Of a stretch of 64,000 nt of DNA, positions 1 to 8,874 are shown piece by piece. A program made the translations under genes and the position numbers. The stretch spans positions 2,054,174-2,118,173 of the forward strand of contig OZ241878.1 in the NCBI GenBank assembly GCA_965203365.1, in the 5' to 3' direction. Below the pieces are notes generated by a model, which ran no database searches, was not told the DNA's origin, and saw only the letters and a program-made list of their open reading frames with translations. This stretch comes from Candidatus Poriferihabitaceae bacterium (GTDB lineage: Bacteria; Pseudomonadota; Gammaproteobacteria; Arenicellales; Poriferihabitantaceae). The stretch's first letter is position 1. Every line of letters starts with the position of its first letter.

Positions 1-1
1 G

Positions 2-670
2 GAGTCGGTCCGGCGACGGGCGCAGGGGTTGCGATTCGGGTATTATGAACAGCGAATGCAAGGGGCCTTGCGGGGTCGATATGGGCTAATCTCGACGGTG
101 TTGGACGAGATGGAGACCAGTTCCTCAATGCCGGAGCATGTGATCGTGGCGGCTCTCGCCCGAGCGCATCAGGCGTGTCCCCCCGAAGAGGTCGGTTTGG
201 GGGCATTGCCGGATGGGCTGACGGGACAGCAAACTTTCGAGGCGATGCGACATGCGGGCGTGGTGCAGAAAGCCGACGAATTTGGCTACGCCTGCCCGAT
301 TCCTTCGCTGAGCAGTCACCTCGCCGCCCGGGCCATCTGGTCACCTAGCTGGCTGCACGAGGCGGTCCTCCAGGCGAACCCGGAGGACATCGGCCCGGTC
401 ATGGATCGATGCCGGACGGATGAAGAACGCGGGCGGGGGTTGCAGGCTACGGACCGACGTGGGCGAACCCCGTTGATGCTGGCGGTCGAACTCGGCCTGG
501 TGTCACTCGTCGAACGGCTGGTGCAGGCCGAGAGCCAACTGCCACCGGAACAGCGGTCTGTGTCGCTTCGAGACCACCGCGGCCGGACGGCGCAGGATCA
601 GGCCATGGCGTCAGGAGACGAACGGCTGGTGGCTCTGCTGGATCCATTTCAGCACCAAGAGTCAGACTAG
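2..670 (+). CDS. 3' part of a gene cut by the window edge: C-terminal module related to the 429-aa ATPase paralogs, followed by two ankyrin-like repeats
   Basis: The frame is open from nt 2 to the stop at 668-670; the ORF track starts at an internal TTG at nt 29. YYEQR...TGQQTFEAMRHAGVVQKADEFGYACPIPSLSSHLAARA parallels the ATPase C-terminus YYAGR...TGESLDRFLTQALHAGLLAPVRDLPDHYRIPIPSFGDYLRAL. GRTPLMLAVELGLVSLVERLV and HRGRTAQDQAMASGDERLVALL fit the ankyrin consensus. Confidence 0.55.
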   Translation, partial: ESVRRRAQGLRFGYYEQRMQGALRGRYGLISTVLDEMETSSSMPEHVIVAALARAHQACPPEEVGLGALPDGLTGQQTFEAMRHAGVVQKADEFGYACPIPSLSSHLAARAIWSPSWLHEAVLQANPEDIGPVMDRCRTDEERGRGLQATDRRGRTPLMLAVELGLVSLVERLVQAESQLPPEQRSVSLRDHRGRTAQDQAMASGDERLVALLDPFQHQESD

Positions 671-803
671 GCAAGGCAGGGAGAATCGACGCCGTCTTTA
701 GCCACTGCTTTGGGGATGTCTGCGGGAGGTTACCGATGGACCTTTTTCCCGATTACGTCCTTGTCTCGCCCGAGGACCTTATGACTTGAATTGACCCCAG
801 TCA

Positions 804-1523
804 TCAGGCGGAGGCTTCCAATCCCTCAAACAGCAGCACCAAAGTCTGCAATAGCTGAGCCACATTTTCCTCGTTTTCTCCCGACACCCACTCCCATTCC
901 GTGTTTCTCTGCGGCGAGGCAAATTCCTTTTCCTTTCTTTCCGAATAACGGTGACTGACAAAGACCCGGGTTACCTGATCCGATTCGCGTTCGAGCCGGA
1001 CTCGATACTTATCCAATAATGCACCCGCACCGGTAATCCGGTTGAACAGTCTGGCAATGGACAGGCCTTCCCCCTTCTCTGGTGCATTCCGGTCAATCCA
1101 GTCCGTCTCCATCAGTCCCGCAGCGGGTTGGCTGCTCACCAGATCCACTTCCAGTATAGCCCAGAAGTCCACCAGCTTATCCCAGACTGCTTGAGGATCG
1201 GTTTCCACTCGCAGCCAACGTTGTCCGTTTTCGATGATGATTTCGGCACCGGTGACTTCGGGCAATACCGTCTGCTGGCTGTCCAGGCTCGCCTGTTCGT
1301 GGTTTTCCCGGACTCGGTCGCTGGCGGTCGACACCAAATCCGGCGGCAAGAGGATGGCCTTGGGTGCTTTTTGTCGAAAAAACGCAGCGAATAGTCTTCC
1401 CTGCTCCGGTTCAATATCGGCTTGTTTCGACTTTGGGAGTGTCGATTTCGTGGATCTTTCGCTGCTGGACTGACAGGCTGTCAGGGCCAGTATCAGCAAT
1501 ATGGGAATAATGCACTTGTTCAT
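804..1523 (-). CDS. bamC: BamC-like outer-membrane lipoprotein (short form, 239 aa)
   Basis: Track ORF 804..1652 trimmed to the ATG at 1523, giving MNKCIIPILLILALTAC (signal peptide plus lipobox). ENGQRWLRVETDPQAVWDKLVDFW, METDWIDRN and YRVRLERE resemble the N-terminal part and first domain of E. coli BamC/NlpB. Confidence 0.5.
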   Translation of the reverse strand: MNKCIIPILLILALTACQSSSERSTKSTLPKSKQADIEPEQGRLFAAFFRQKAPKAILLPPDLVSTASDRVRENHEQASLDSQQTVLPEVTGAEIIIENGQRWLRVETDPQAVWDKLVDFWAILEVDLVSSQPAAGLMETDWIDRNAPEKGEGLSIARLFNRITGAGALLDKYRVRLERESDQVTRVFVSHRYSERKEKEFASPQRNTEWEWVSGENEENVAQLLQTLVLLFEGLEASA

Positions 1524-2099
1524 AACCGGGACAATGCGAAACAAGGTGGGGTAGTTTCCAGGTAATTTCGGGCAGGATGCCGCCATTTTTTCCCTTAACA
1601 AATTGATTATTGATGGTATAGCCGAACAGTACGTGATTACTGCCCGAATCACTTACAAAATGCCTCCGCATCCAGACTCATCGGGGGCCAAGATCATGGC
1701 TCCAACGCCTTGGAAATCTATCATATTCCCCCCTGCGGTGTAATCCAATCGGGACTCGTGGATAAAAAAATCGAAGAAAAAATATTCCAAATGCTGATGT
1801 AGAAATACCTTTTTTCGAAATAATTGGATGTTATATCTTTTCATCTTATTGTTTTTTAATGTTGTTTTTCGTCTAAACTTCGACGAAATCCACTTTTCCA
1901 TGGAAATTCAATAAAAATTAAAAAAAGTTAATTTTTCTGGAAATTTGTGGCATAATCTGCCTCGCATTTGTCGGGATGGTTGGATATTGATCCTAGTGGC
2001 CAATGCGGTTGCTTGGCTATGGGCTTCAACTAGCCCGACCACACTGCGCAATTTTTGCAAAAATTTTAACTCTGCTTTTTCAACAATGAGGTATCTCAC

Positions 2100-3101
2100 A
2101 TGAATAAAAAGCTAATCGCTGTCGCAGTCGCAGGGGTTGTCGCTGCACCTGTGGCTTCCGCCGACATTACCGCTTATGGACGAATCGACAATCACCTTGT
2201 CTTCTCGAAAGCGTCTGGTGGGAAGAGTATGCAGGACATGACTACCGGTACTTCCCGTTTCGGTTTCAAGGGATCGGGTGATCTCGGAAACGGAATGAGT
2301 GCGTTTGCCCGGTACGAGTTCTCAGCTAATACTGATAACGCTACGGGTGGCGGCAGTGGTATCGGCCGGCGGCTCGGCTTTGTGGGCTTGGACGGCTCGT
2401 TCGGCAAGATCTCTCTGGGACAGCAGTGGTCTGCCTACTACCAGAATTTCGGTACTCATATGAGCCTGAATATCTCGCAAGGCCCTGCTCAGGCTATGGG
2501 CCCTTTTCGTACCGGCAATACCATTCAGTACGCCAACAGCTTCGGTCCGATTTCTCTGAAAGCGGATGTCCGCGTGGACGATGCCGAGGACGGTAACGGC
2601 AATGGCTTCGGCATCGGTGCGACCATCAACCCGATGGACAACGTCGCCTTGGCCATCGCATTTGACACCTCGGATATGATGGACATGCCTGCTGAAGGAG
2701 CTATGCCCGCTGTCACAAATAGAGACAGAGATACCCTTGGAGTCGTGGGCAGCGTCAGTATGGGAATGTTCTCTATCACAGCATCCTATGAGCAGCAAGA
2801 GGATGAGATGGACATGAAGAACAAAAGCTCAACACTCTGGCTGGGGGCCGGACTTACGGACAAGCTAAGCGCGAAACTGGGATATCAGAGCACGGAAGTA
2901 AAACACTATCATGGTACTGACTCGAAGGGACCCGACAAGGTTGGCGAAACGGACAAAATATCCGCCAATGTCACTTATCTGCTGGGCGGTGGGGCTCGAG
3001 TCTATGGCGAGTTCACCAACGCGGAATTTACTCACAGCACTATGACTGGTAAAAATTCTGATAAGGACACGTTCATTCTTGGAGTACGACTGGACTTCTA
3101 A
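2100..3101 (+). CDS. General Gram-negative porin
   Basis: Signal peptide MNKKLIAVAVAGVVAAPVASA. Motifs: ITAYGRID, GFKGSGDLGNG, ARYEF, RLGFVGLDGSFGKISLGQQWSAYY, C-terminal LGVRLDF. GAGG lies 7 nt upstream of the ATG, and the upstream region is AT-rich. Confidence 0.85.
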   Translation: MNKKLIAVAVAGVVAAPVASADITAYGRIDNHLVFSKASGGKSMQDMTTGTSRFGFKGSGDLGNGMSAFARYEFSANTDNATGGGSGIGRRLGFVGLDGSFGKISLGQQWSAYYQNFGTHMSLNISQGPAQAMGPFRTGNTIQYANSFGPISLKADVRVDDAEDGNGNGFGIGATINPMDNVALAIAFDTSDMMDMPAEGAMPAVTNRDRDTLGVVGSVSMGMFSITASYEQQEDEMDMKNKSSTLWLGAGLTDKLSAKLGYQSTEVKHYHGTDSKGPDKVGETDKISANVTYLLGGGARVYGEFTNAEFTHSTMTGKNSDKDTFILGVRLDF

Positions 3102-3126
3102 TCCAAGAGGATTTTTCCGCACCATA

Positions 3127-3152
3127 AACCGGGGCTCTGCCCCGGTTTTTTT
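3127..3152 (+). terminator. Rho-independent terminator after the porin gene
   Basis: aaccgggg-ctctg-ccccggtt forms an 8-bp GC-rich stem. It is followed by a T run (3146-3152), 26 nt after the porin stop. Confidence 0.7.
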
Positions 3153-3226
3153 ATCCCAAGCCCTCAGATTCCGTACTAATGCAAGGAGCCCATACTTACC
3201 AGAATCCGTATGTCTAAACCAACCCC

Positions 3227-5245
3227 CTATCCAGTCCTTCCATCATCACGCAACACCTCAATGGCAGGCGCAAGACACCGTTCATAATTTCGCCACCGTG
3301 CCTTCGAGCTGGTATAAATCCCCTGCCGCACCTGCCAGACACTGGCAGTCCGGACTGCTGTATCTGAGCGGCTGAAATCCAGACAATCCTGGCTCCAGTC
3401 CAACCCTGCTCTCTTGATCAGTTCACGCACCTGATTGTCCTTGTCCGCAATCAGGTTCTCGTACTGCACGATGTGGATTTCCCCCGGGAATATCCGCTGC
3501 CAGTGCTGCATCATATGATGAAAACAGAGGTAGAAACGGGCCAGGATCTTCAGGTCATACACATAGTTGATGTCAGAGCCGAACCATTGGAAATAGTTCG
3601 AGAGAATGACATCCAGCGGATGACGATTGCAAAGGATGATCGCGGCAGTCGGAAACAACGCCTTGATCAGCCAGATATGCACAAAATTGAACGGCATCTT
3701 GTCCGTGAAATGTCCGGTTTCCAACTCCCGCAGCCGAGTCACCCAGTGCAGATATTCCCGTGTTTCCCGATCGAAATCCGCTTGATCCAATCGGGGAAAG
3801 TCATCGGGGTAAATCTGGATTGCTCCATTCCCCTTCTCCAACCGGGATATGACCCGTTCGATACAGGGCAGTTCACCCCGTCCAGTCACATCCGGATGTC
3901 GGGAAAGGATCTGTTCCACCAGGGTAGTGCCACTGCGTGACATCCCCAGCACGAAGATGGGTCTCGGACTCCCTGGAATCACATCCGAAGTCACCGTTGG
4001 CGGTCGGTCGAACACCTCGGCAATACGCCGGATATGCCCGAAGTACTGGTCAAAATCAAACCCACTGCGGGCGATTTCTGCCGACTTGATTCGGTTGCCC
4101 ACCTCATAGAACTCAAAGGCTCGGTCATATAAACCACAGTCGTCATAAACTTTTCCCAAGGCAAAAGCCAGCCGACCACGCGCTTCCTCATTGTAGTCCT
4201 CCCGCTCCCACAGTGCCTGCAGGGACTGTACATCCGGATCTTCCAGGGAAGAAAATGTCCGCATGGTGGTCAGATTGCGATAGGCCTCGATATCCTTGCC
4301 ATCCAAACCGATCGCGGTTCGGAAATTCTCTTCCGCCCGTTCCCGGTCTCCCAATGCGGCATGAACACTGCCCAAATGATGGTGGTAGACCGAGTTTTCG
4401 GGATCCAGGTCGATCGCCTTTTGATGACAGGCTTGAGCCTCGTCGATACTGTTCAACTCGAAATAGATGCGCCCCAGCGTATCCCAGACATTGGCATCTC
4501 CGGGCTTTCGCTCAAGAATCCTCTTGGCAAGATCAATCACAGCAAAGGGTTCCTTGTTCCACTCATTAAATACCATCTCAAGAAACCACACGCTCTCTTC
4601 GTCTGGATAACGGCTTTTCAGTTCCTGGATCAAGGATTCCGCCTCATCGAATCGGCGCAAATCCAGCAGAATATGGGCGTGGAGTGCCTGCTGGTCGCGT
4701 GTCAAACCCGGCCGGTTCAGTAAGGGATCAAGAGCTGCCAGCGCACGTTCCGGGTCGCCCTCCGCCCGTAAGGCATGGGCCAGACTGGTGAGGTTTTGTT
4801 GTGTATCGGGATTGTCCGGTTCGCTTTTGAGGGACTGGTGAAAATAGTCGAGGGCGGCCGTTGAATCCCCGGATTCCGCCAGCAGGGATCCCAATAGATT
4901 CAATGCGCGAGGATGGTCTGGTGCCAAAGTGAGCGCCTTGCGCCCCGCTGACTGAGCACTATCGGTGTTTTTCAGGTGCTTATAAGACAGTCCGATATTG
5001 ACCCATGCATCCACCTGGTCTGGAGCAATCCGGAGTGATTTTTCGTACTCGTGAATCGCCTTCGAATGATATCCAAGGTGCTGTCCAGCCAAGGCGAGGT
5101 TGTACCAGACCGCCGCACTGTTTGAAGCCATTCTGGACACCTTTTCCAGGATGCGTCTGGCATTTACCACATCGCCCTGTTGCAATCTTGTTGCGGCATC
5201 AATAAACAGTTTCTGTGCCTTTTGTGTGGAATGGCTTGCGCTCAT
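3227..5245 (-). CDS. TPR-repeat protein with a C-terminal sulfotransferase domain
   Basis: The N-terminal ~400 aa are repeated TPR-like units (AWYNLALAGQHLGYHSKAIHEYEKSL, AWVNIGLSY and similar). The C-terminal part has PIFVLGMSRSGTTLVEQILSRHPDV, a PAPS-binding 5'-PSB-type motif of sulfotransferases. Confidence 0.8.
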   Translation of the reverse strand: MSASHSTQKAQKLFIDAATRLQQGDVVNARRILEKVSRMASNSAAVWYNLALAGQHLGYHSKAIHEYEKSLRIAPDQVDAWVNIGLSYKHLKNTDSAQSAGRKALTLAPDHPRALNLLGSLLAESGDSTAALDYFHQSLKSEPDNPDTQQNLTSLAHALRAEGDPERALAALDPLLNRPGLTRDQQALHAHILLDLRRFDEAESLIQELKSRYPDEESVWFLEMVFNEWNKEPFAVIDLAKRILERKPGDANVWDTLGRIYFELNSIDEAQACHQKAIDLDPENSVYHHHLGSVHAALGDRERAEENFRTAIGLDGKDIEAYRNLTTMRTFSSLEDPDVQSLQALWEREDYNEEARGRLAFALGKVYDDCGLYDRAFEFYEVGNRIKSAEIARSGFDFDQYFGHIRRIAEVFDRPPTVTSDVIPGSPRPIFVLGMSRSGTTLVEQILSRHPDVTGRGELPCIERVISRLEKGNGAIQIYPDDFPRLDQADFDRETREYLHWVTRLRELETGHFTDKMPFNFVHIWLIKALFPTAAIILCNRHPLDVILSNYFQWFGSDINYVYDLKILARFYLCFHHMMQHWQRIFPGEIHIVQYENLIADKDNQVRELIKRAGLDWSQDCLDFSRSDTAVRTASVWQVRQGIYTSSKARWRNYERCLAPAIEVLRDDGRTG

Positions 5246-5427
5246 GAAGAACAGGCTGGCTTATGTAGGGGCGAGGTGGTGGATTGTAGCAGGCATTGCC
5301 TGTTGACTGACTCCCCACCATCAGTCTGGTCCCATCCACCCCAAGAAGACCCGCCCACAGACCAGAATCTCCCGTTGACTGTTTTTATGCCATTCTGAAC
5401 ATTCTCTGCAACAGGATATTTATTCAT
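5242..5427 (-). CDS. Hypothetical 61-aa ORF translationally coupled to the TPR-sulfotransferase gene
   Basis: ATG at 5427. Its TGA overlaps the sulfotransferase ATG as ATGA (5245-5242). The product is Gly/Trp/Ser-rich with no recognisable family. No clear Shine-Dalgarno sequence. Confidence 0.25.
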   Translation of the reverse strand: MNKYPVAENVQNGIKTVNGRFWSVGGSSWGGWDQTDGGESVNRQCLLQSTTSPLHKPACSS

Positions 5428-6489
5428 CGCTACGGCTGAACAATAGCCGGTTGGATGACGCTCTTGTCGATTTCTTGCGTTGATCAGTAGGTGAAGTCAA
5501 TATTCGGTCGCCTTCTGAATCACTCACCGATATGCTTACAGTAGACAATATTCAATTCAATAGGATACAACGATCCAAAAAAGGCAACATCTACCATACG
5601 GACACACAGTCTTACCACCCGATTGTTTACCCAAAGATCCCGGACCACCGAATACCCTTGTTTTGTGAACAAGACGGCACAAACCTTGTTAAGAGGTGAC
5701 CACTTTGCAAAAGCTGCCATTCACACGAACAATTGGCCACATCCCGCCAGTGTGCACCCGGTCATGGCATATTTCCTATTAGTCCAGATCTGGGTACGAC
5801 GTCATATCATAAAACACCGACAACCATAGATTGATCCTACATCATCCTGGATAAATCCAATCGGGAATCCAGACAATCGTGGAACACGTCGATTCGCAGA
5901 ATCCAGTGTATTGTGAAATCAAGGATATCCTGGACGAGCTAAGATCTTCAAGTGATGACCATCAACACCCCTCATATTCAGTGCGAACCATTGATGTTGG
6001 CCAAGCCAGCGCGACACAATGCCCTTCGGGGAAACAATCAACCGCAACACGGCATAGCCGAATCTTGGATAACCACATCCGTTGCCATCTATCATTATCC
6101 ATTTTTCAACATGGCATTCCCACCCTACTTCTCCGGTCATTGAAATTGTGCTGAACGGAAAACGACAGGCTTGGTTCGGAAGACAACCATCGAGTATCAG
6201 AGTGAATCAATTCGTACCTCCAAGTCACAATCACCTCATGGGAAGATCGTGATTCACTCGAATGCACTGAGCAGGCTGTGCTTGACAGGTGGGATCCTCC
6301 AATCAACCTGAAAGGCCGATACCTCACCGATCAGAAGAAATGCCCCAAGCGGCCACGCAATTTGATAAAGGGACAATGACTACCCGATTACCCAAACCCC
6401 GTCACCCACGGTGACGTTGTGATCAGCTGGCCCGTACGACCATCAGCTAGCGATCATTTTGGCCAGATAATGACTCACATAAGTTGCGT

Positions 6490-6518
6490 TTGAATTAGTG
6501 CGAAATCTTGTTTACACT
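6490..6518 (+). promoter_or_regulatory. Candidate sigma-70 promoter of infA
   Basis: TTGAAT (6490-6495), a 17-nt spacer, then TACACT (6513-6518), about 30 nt upstream of the infA ATG. Confidence 0.35.
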
Positions 6519-6546
6519 CCACCAATCAGGATTTTGGACCGACTTA

Positions 6547-6765
6547 ATGGCGAAAGAAGAAAGCATCGAAATGGAAGGGACCGTTATCGAATCCCTCCCC
6601 AATACCCAGTTTCGAGTCAAACTCGAAAATGGGCATGAAATCATTGCCCACATCTCCGGAAAAATGCGCAAACACTACATCCGGATTCTGCGGGGAGATA
6701 CTGTGACTGTACAATTGACACCCTACGATCTTTCCAAAGGCAGAATTACCTTTCGGGAACGTTGA
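6547..6765 (+). CDS. infA: Translation initiation factor IF-1
   Basis: [70 protein letters not shown] is near-canonical 72-aa IF-1. The start is moved from the track's 6508 to the ATG at 6547. Confidence 0.95.
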   Translation: MAKEESIEMEGTVIESLPNTQFRVKLENGHEIIAHISGKMRKHYIRILRGDTVTVQLTPYDLSKGRITFRER

Positions 6766-6920
6766 TCCGTCTCCTTATCGAGTTCCCACCGTTTTTCCGA
6801 CGATGGACCAGCACACCCCCCAGAGTTAACCCGCCCCGTTCCACTCCGAGGTGGGAGTCGGGCCTGCGAACATATCGAAAATAGGCTGGGGCTCACTGAG
6901 TACGATTCGGCAAGATGGCT

Positions 6921-8275
6921 GGCCGGGAGATCGAAGCCGACAATGAGGCACCACGGGCATAAGACGGTTCAGTTCGCCGGCGGTTCCACCGGCAAGGCCC
7001 GCAGATAGTCCCCAAAAGACGGAATCGGAATGCGGTAATGATCCGGCAGGTCCCGCACCGGCGCCAGCAAGCCCGCATGCAGGGCCTGGGTCAGGAACCG
7101 GTCGAGCGATTCCCCAGTCTTCCCGCGGCCCCTTTCCGTCAGGGACTCAATGTCGTCGATCGACAACCGACCCCCCCGTTCTGCCGCCGCCTCGGCCAAT
7201 CCCTTGTACACCCAAGCCCGGCTGGCACCCGCCGCCAGTCGGCCAGCATAATACGCCTCCTTGCGTTCCCGCCCCCGCGCCAACGCCTCCTCCAGCAGCG
7301 GGGCGTTCATCGGTCCCCCCCGATCTCGCAGCACCCGCACCGCCGCCACCGCCACCCGGTTGACATGCTGCGGCCACCCCTGGGACAACTCCGCCAGCCG
7401 GGTGACCCACCTATCCTGATCCGCCGGCGTCCCAGTGAAGCCATAGGTCTCGAAAACACGCCGAATCGCACTGGCCGCCTCGTCCTCCGGCAGCGGTTCG
7501 AGATTCACCACCCGTTCGTCGGCGAAGCGCGACAGGCCGCACTGGCTGAGCACCGCCTGCGTATCACTCAAGCCGAAAAACGCCCCCACCAAAGGAATGC
7601 CTTCCGGCGGATGGTGCAAACAGCCCATCACCCCCGTCGTAGTCTCGGCCACCGGGATACTCTGCGCCTCGTCCACCCCCACCACCAGATGGAACTGCGC
7701 CAGCAACGGGGCCGCATTCTGGAACACCCAACTGGCCGTCACCTCGGTCTCATGATCCCGCCGCCCCCCCACCGACAGACCCCAGGCACCACCCCCCCGA
7801 TCCGACAGTTCACGAAACAGTGTCCGCCCCAGGTCCATCAACCCCTCCAGCCGCTGACCCCCCGAAGTCCCGGAGGCCCGGTCCCGAAGACATTCGCTTT
7901 CCTGGCTGACCGCCTGGATCAGGGTCCGGACAACCGTCACCGGAGACCGAAGAGCATCGGGGCGCAGGTCCACCGCCACCCAAGGATCCGCCGGCGTCGA
8001 ATGGCGCCGCACCGCCTCCAGACACTCAGCCATCAAAGCCGACTTGCCCGCGCCCGGAGCCCCCTGAAAGATCATCGTCCCACCCCCGACTCGTCCCGCC
8101 TGCAAACTGCTGACCGCTCGGCGAAAGAGATCGAATTCCACCTCCCGGCCACGAAAGAACGGCTCGCGGCCCACTTCCGCTCGATCCGTCTGGTCCAGCC
8201 AGATGTCCAAGGGCAGCGGATCGGCCGGTGGAGGCTTGGGAAAGGGTCGCTGGTTCATGTCGACAATCTTACCTC
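6921..8275. repeat. Direct repeat copy A (~1.35 kb) containing ATPase gene A
   Basis: Collinear with 16082-17435 at a constant 9161-nt offset. It starts at ggccgggagatcgaagcc and ends near atcttacc, just upstream of the gene start. Confidence 0.85.
6969..8258 (-). CDS. P-loop ATPase, AAA_22-like (ExeA/TniB-like pattern) with a C-terminal helical, possibly winged-helix module; paralog A
   Basis: 429 aa. Walker A GAPGAGKS, Walker B VGVDEAQ, then GLSRF, LEPLPEDEA and SQGWPQHVN, which resemble the QL.sRF / L.pL..eE / S.G.PR.iN pattern of AAA_22 ATPases. Confidence 0.8.
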   Translation of the reverse strand: MNQRPFPKPPPADPLPLDIWLDQTDRAEVGREPFFRGREVEFDLFRRAVSSLQAGRVGGGTMIFQGAPGAGKSALMAECLEAVRRHSTPADPWVAVDLRPDALRSPVTVVRTLIQAVSQESECLRDRASGTSGGQRLEGLMDLGRTLFRELSDRGGGAWGLSVGGRRDHETEVTASWVFQNAAPLLAQFHLVVGVDEAQSIPVAETTTGVMGCLHHPPEGIPLVGAFFGLSDTQAVLSQCGLSRFADERVVNLEPLPEDEAASAIRRVFETYGFTGTPADQDRWVTRLAELSQGWPQHVNRVAVAAVRVLRDRGGPMNAPLLEEALARGRERKEAYYAGRLAAGASRAWVYKGLAEAAAERGGRLSIDDIESLTERGRGKTGESLDRFLTQALHAGLLAPVRDLPDHYRIPIPSFGDYLRALPVEPPAN

Positions 8276-8874
8276 AATTCGGAATGGTCCTGCAGGTCGG
8301 GAATTAGCCCATGGAAGCCGAACTGAAAGACGACCGGGTCAGGAAGGCCTGACAACATTCGTACCGTTTCTTTCTGCGCAACCTGTTATGTTGTTGTTGC
8401 CACATCATCGGTCCAATCGCAATTTCAGTTCCGAACTCTTGTCCCCCATTTCCGAAAAATCCGGTTGCAACGACGACACTGCCGGGGTCAGAGACCGAGT
8501 CCATGGTGGGAACCGAGGCACACCAGACCGAGATTTCAGTGTCAGACTTGCGCTAGATCAAAGCCCGATCGGGCCTGAGGTGGCAATCACGACAGTCTGT
8601 CCACTGGCCGACAAGCGTATGGTCCCGATGCCTTGATGCGAGTGGCCGGTCCGCCGGAGGTCGGCCAGCAGGGGGTCAACGCGGCATGGCCAAAGACCGG
8701 GTTGACCGCATAAAGTCCAGATCGAACATCACCCCAGTCAACAATGGCGTTCGACCCGCTGCGAACGGCTATGGACGAAGGCAAAGAGAAGGAGTCAACA
8801 TCATCAGGACGGCCACACCAGTCGGCTGAATACTCACGATCCGTCGGTTGCGCTCAATGGGTTCTTGTCGGAAT

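Noticed and set aside
1653-1901. 82-aa Lys-rich minus-strand ORF upstream of bamC
   Set aside because: It lies in the AT-rich porin/bamC intergenic region. The low-complexity Lys/Phe-rich product looks like a translation of promoter DNA.
1744-5870. Shared 11-mer tccaatcggga with nearby ggataaa in two AT-rich regions (about 1744 and about 5857)
   Set aside because: Exact 11-mer pairs are expected by chance many times in 64 kb, and there is no extended similarity around them.
7038-8636. 532-aa plus-strand ORF, and its twin at 16481..17458
   Set aside because: It is antisense to the ATPase genes, which have clear Walker motifs. The product is Arg/Pro/His/Gln-rich with no motifs, a typical shadow ORF of GC-rich coding DNA.
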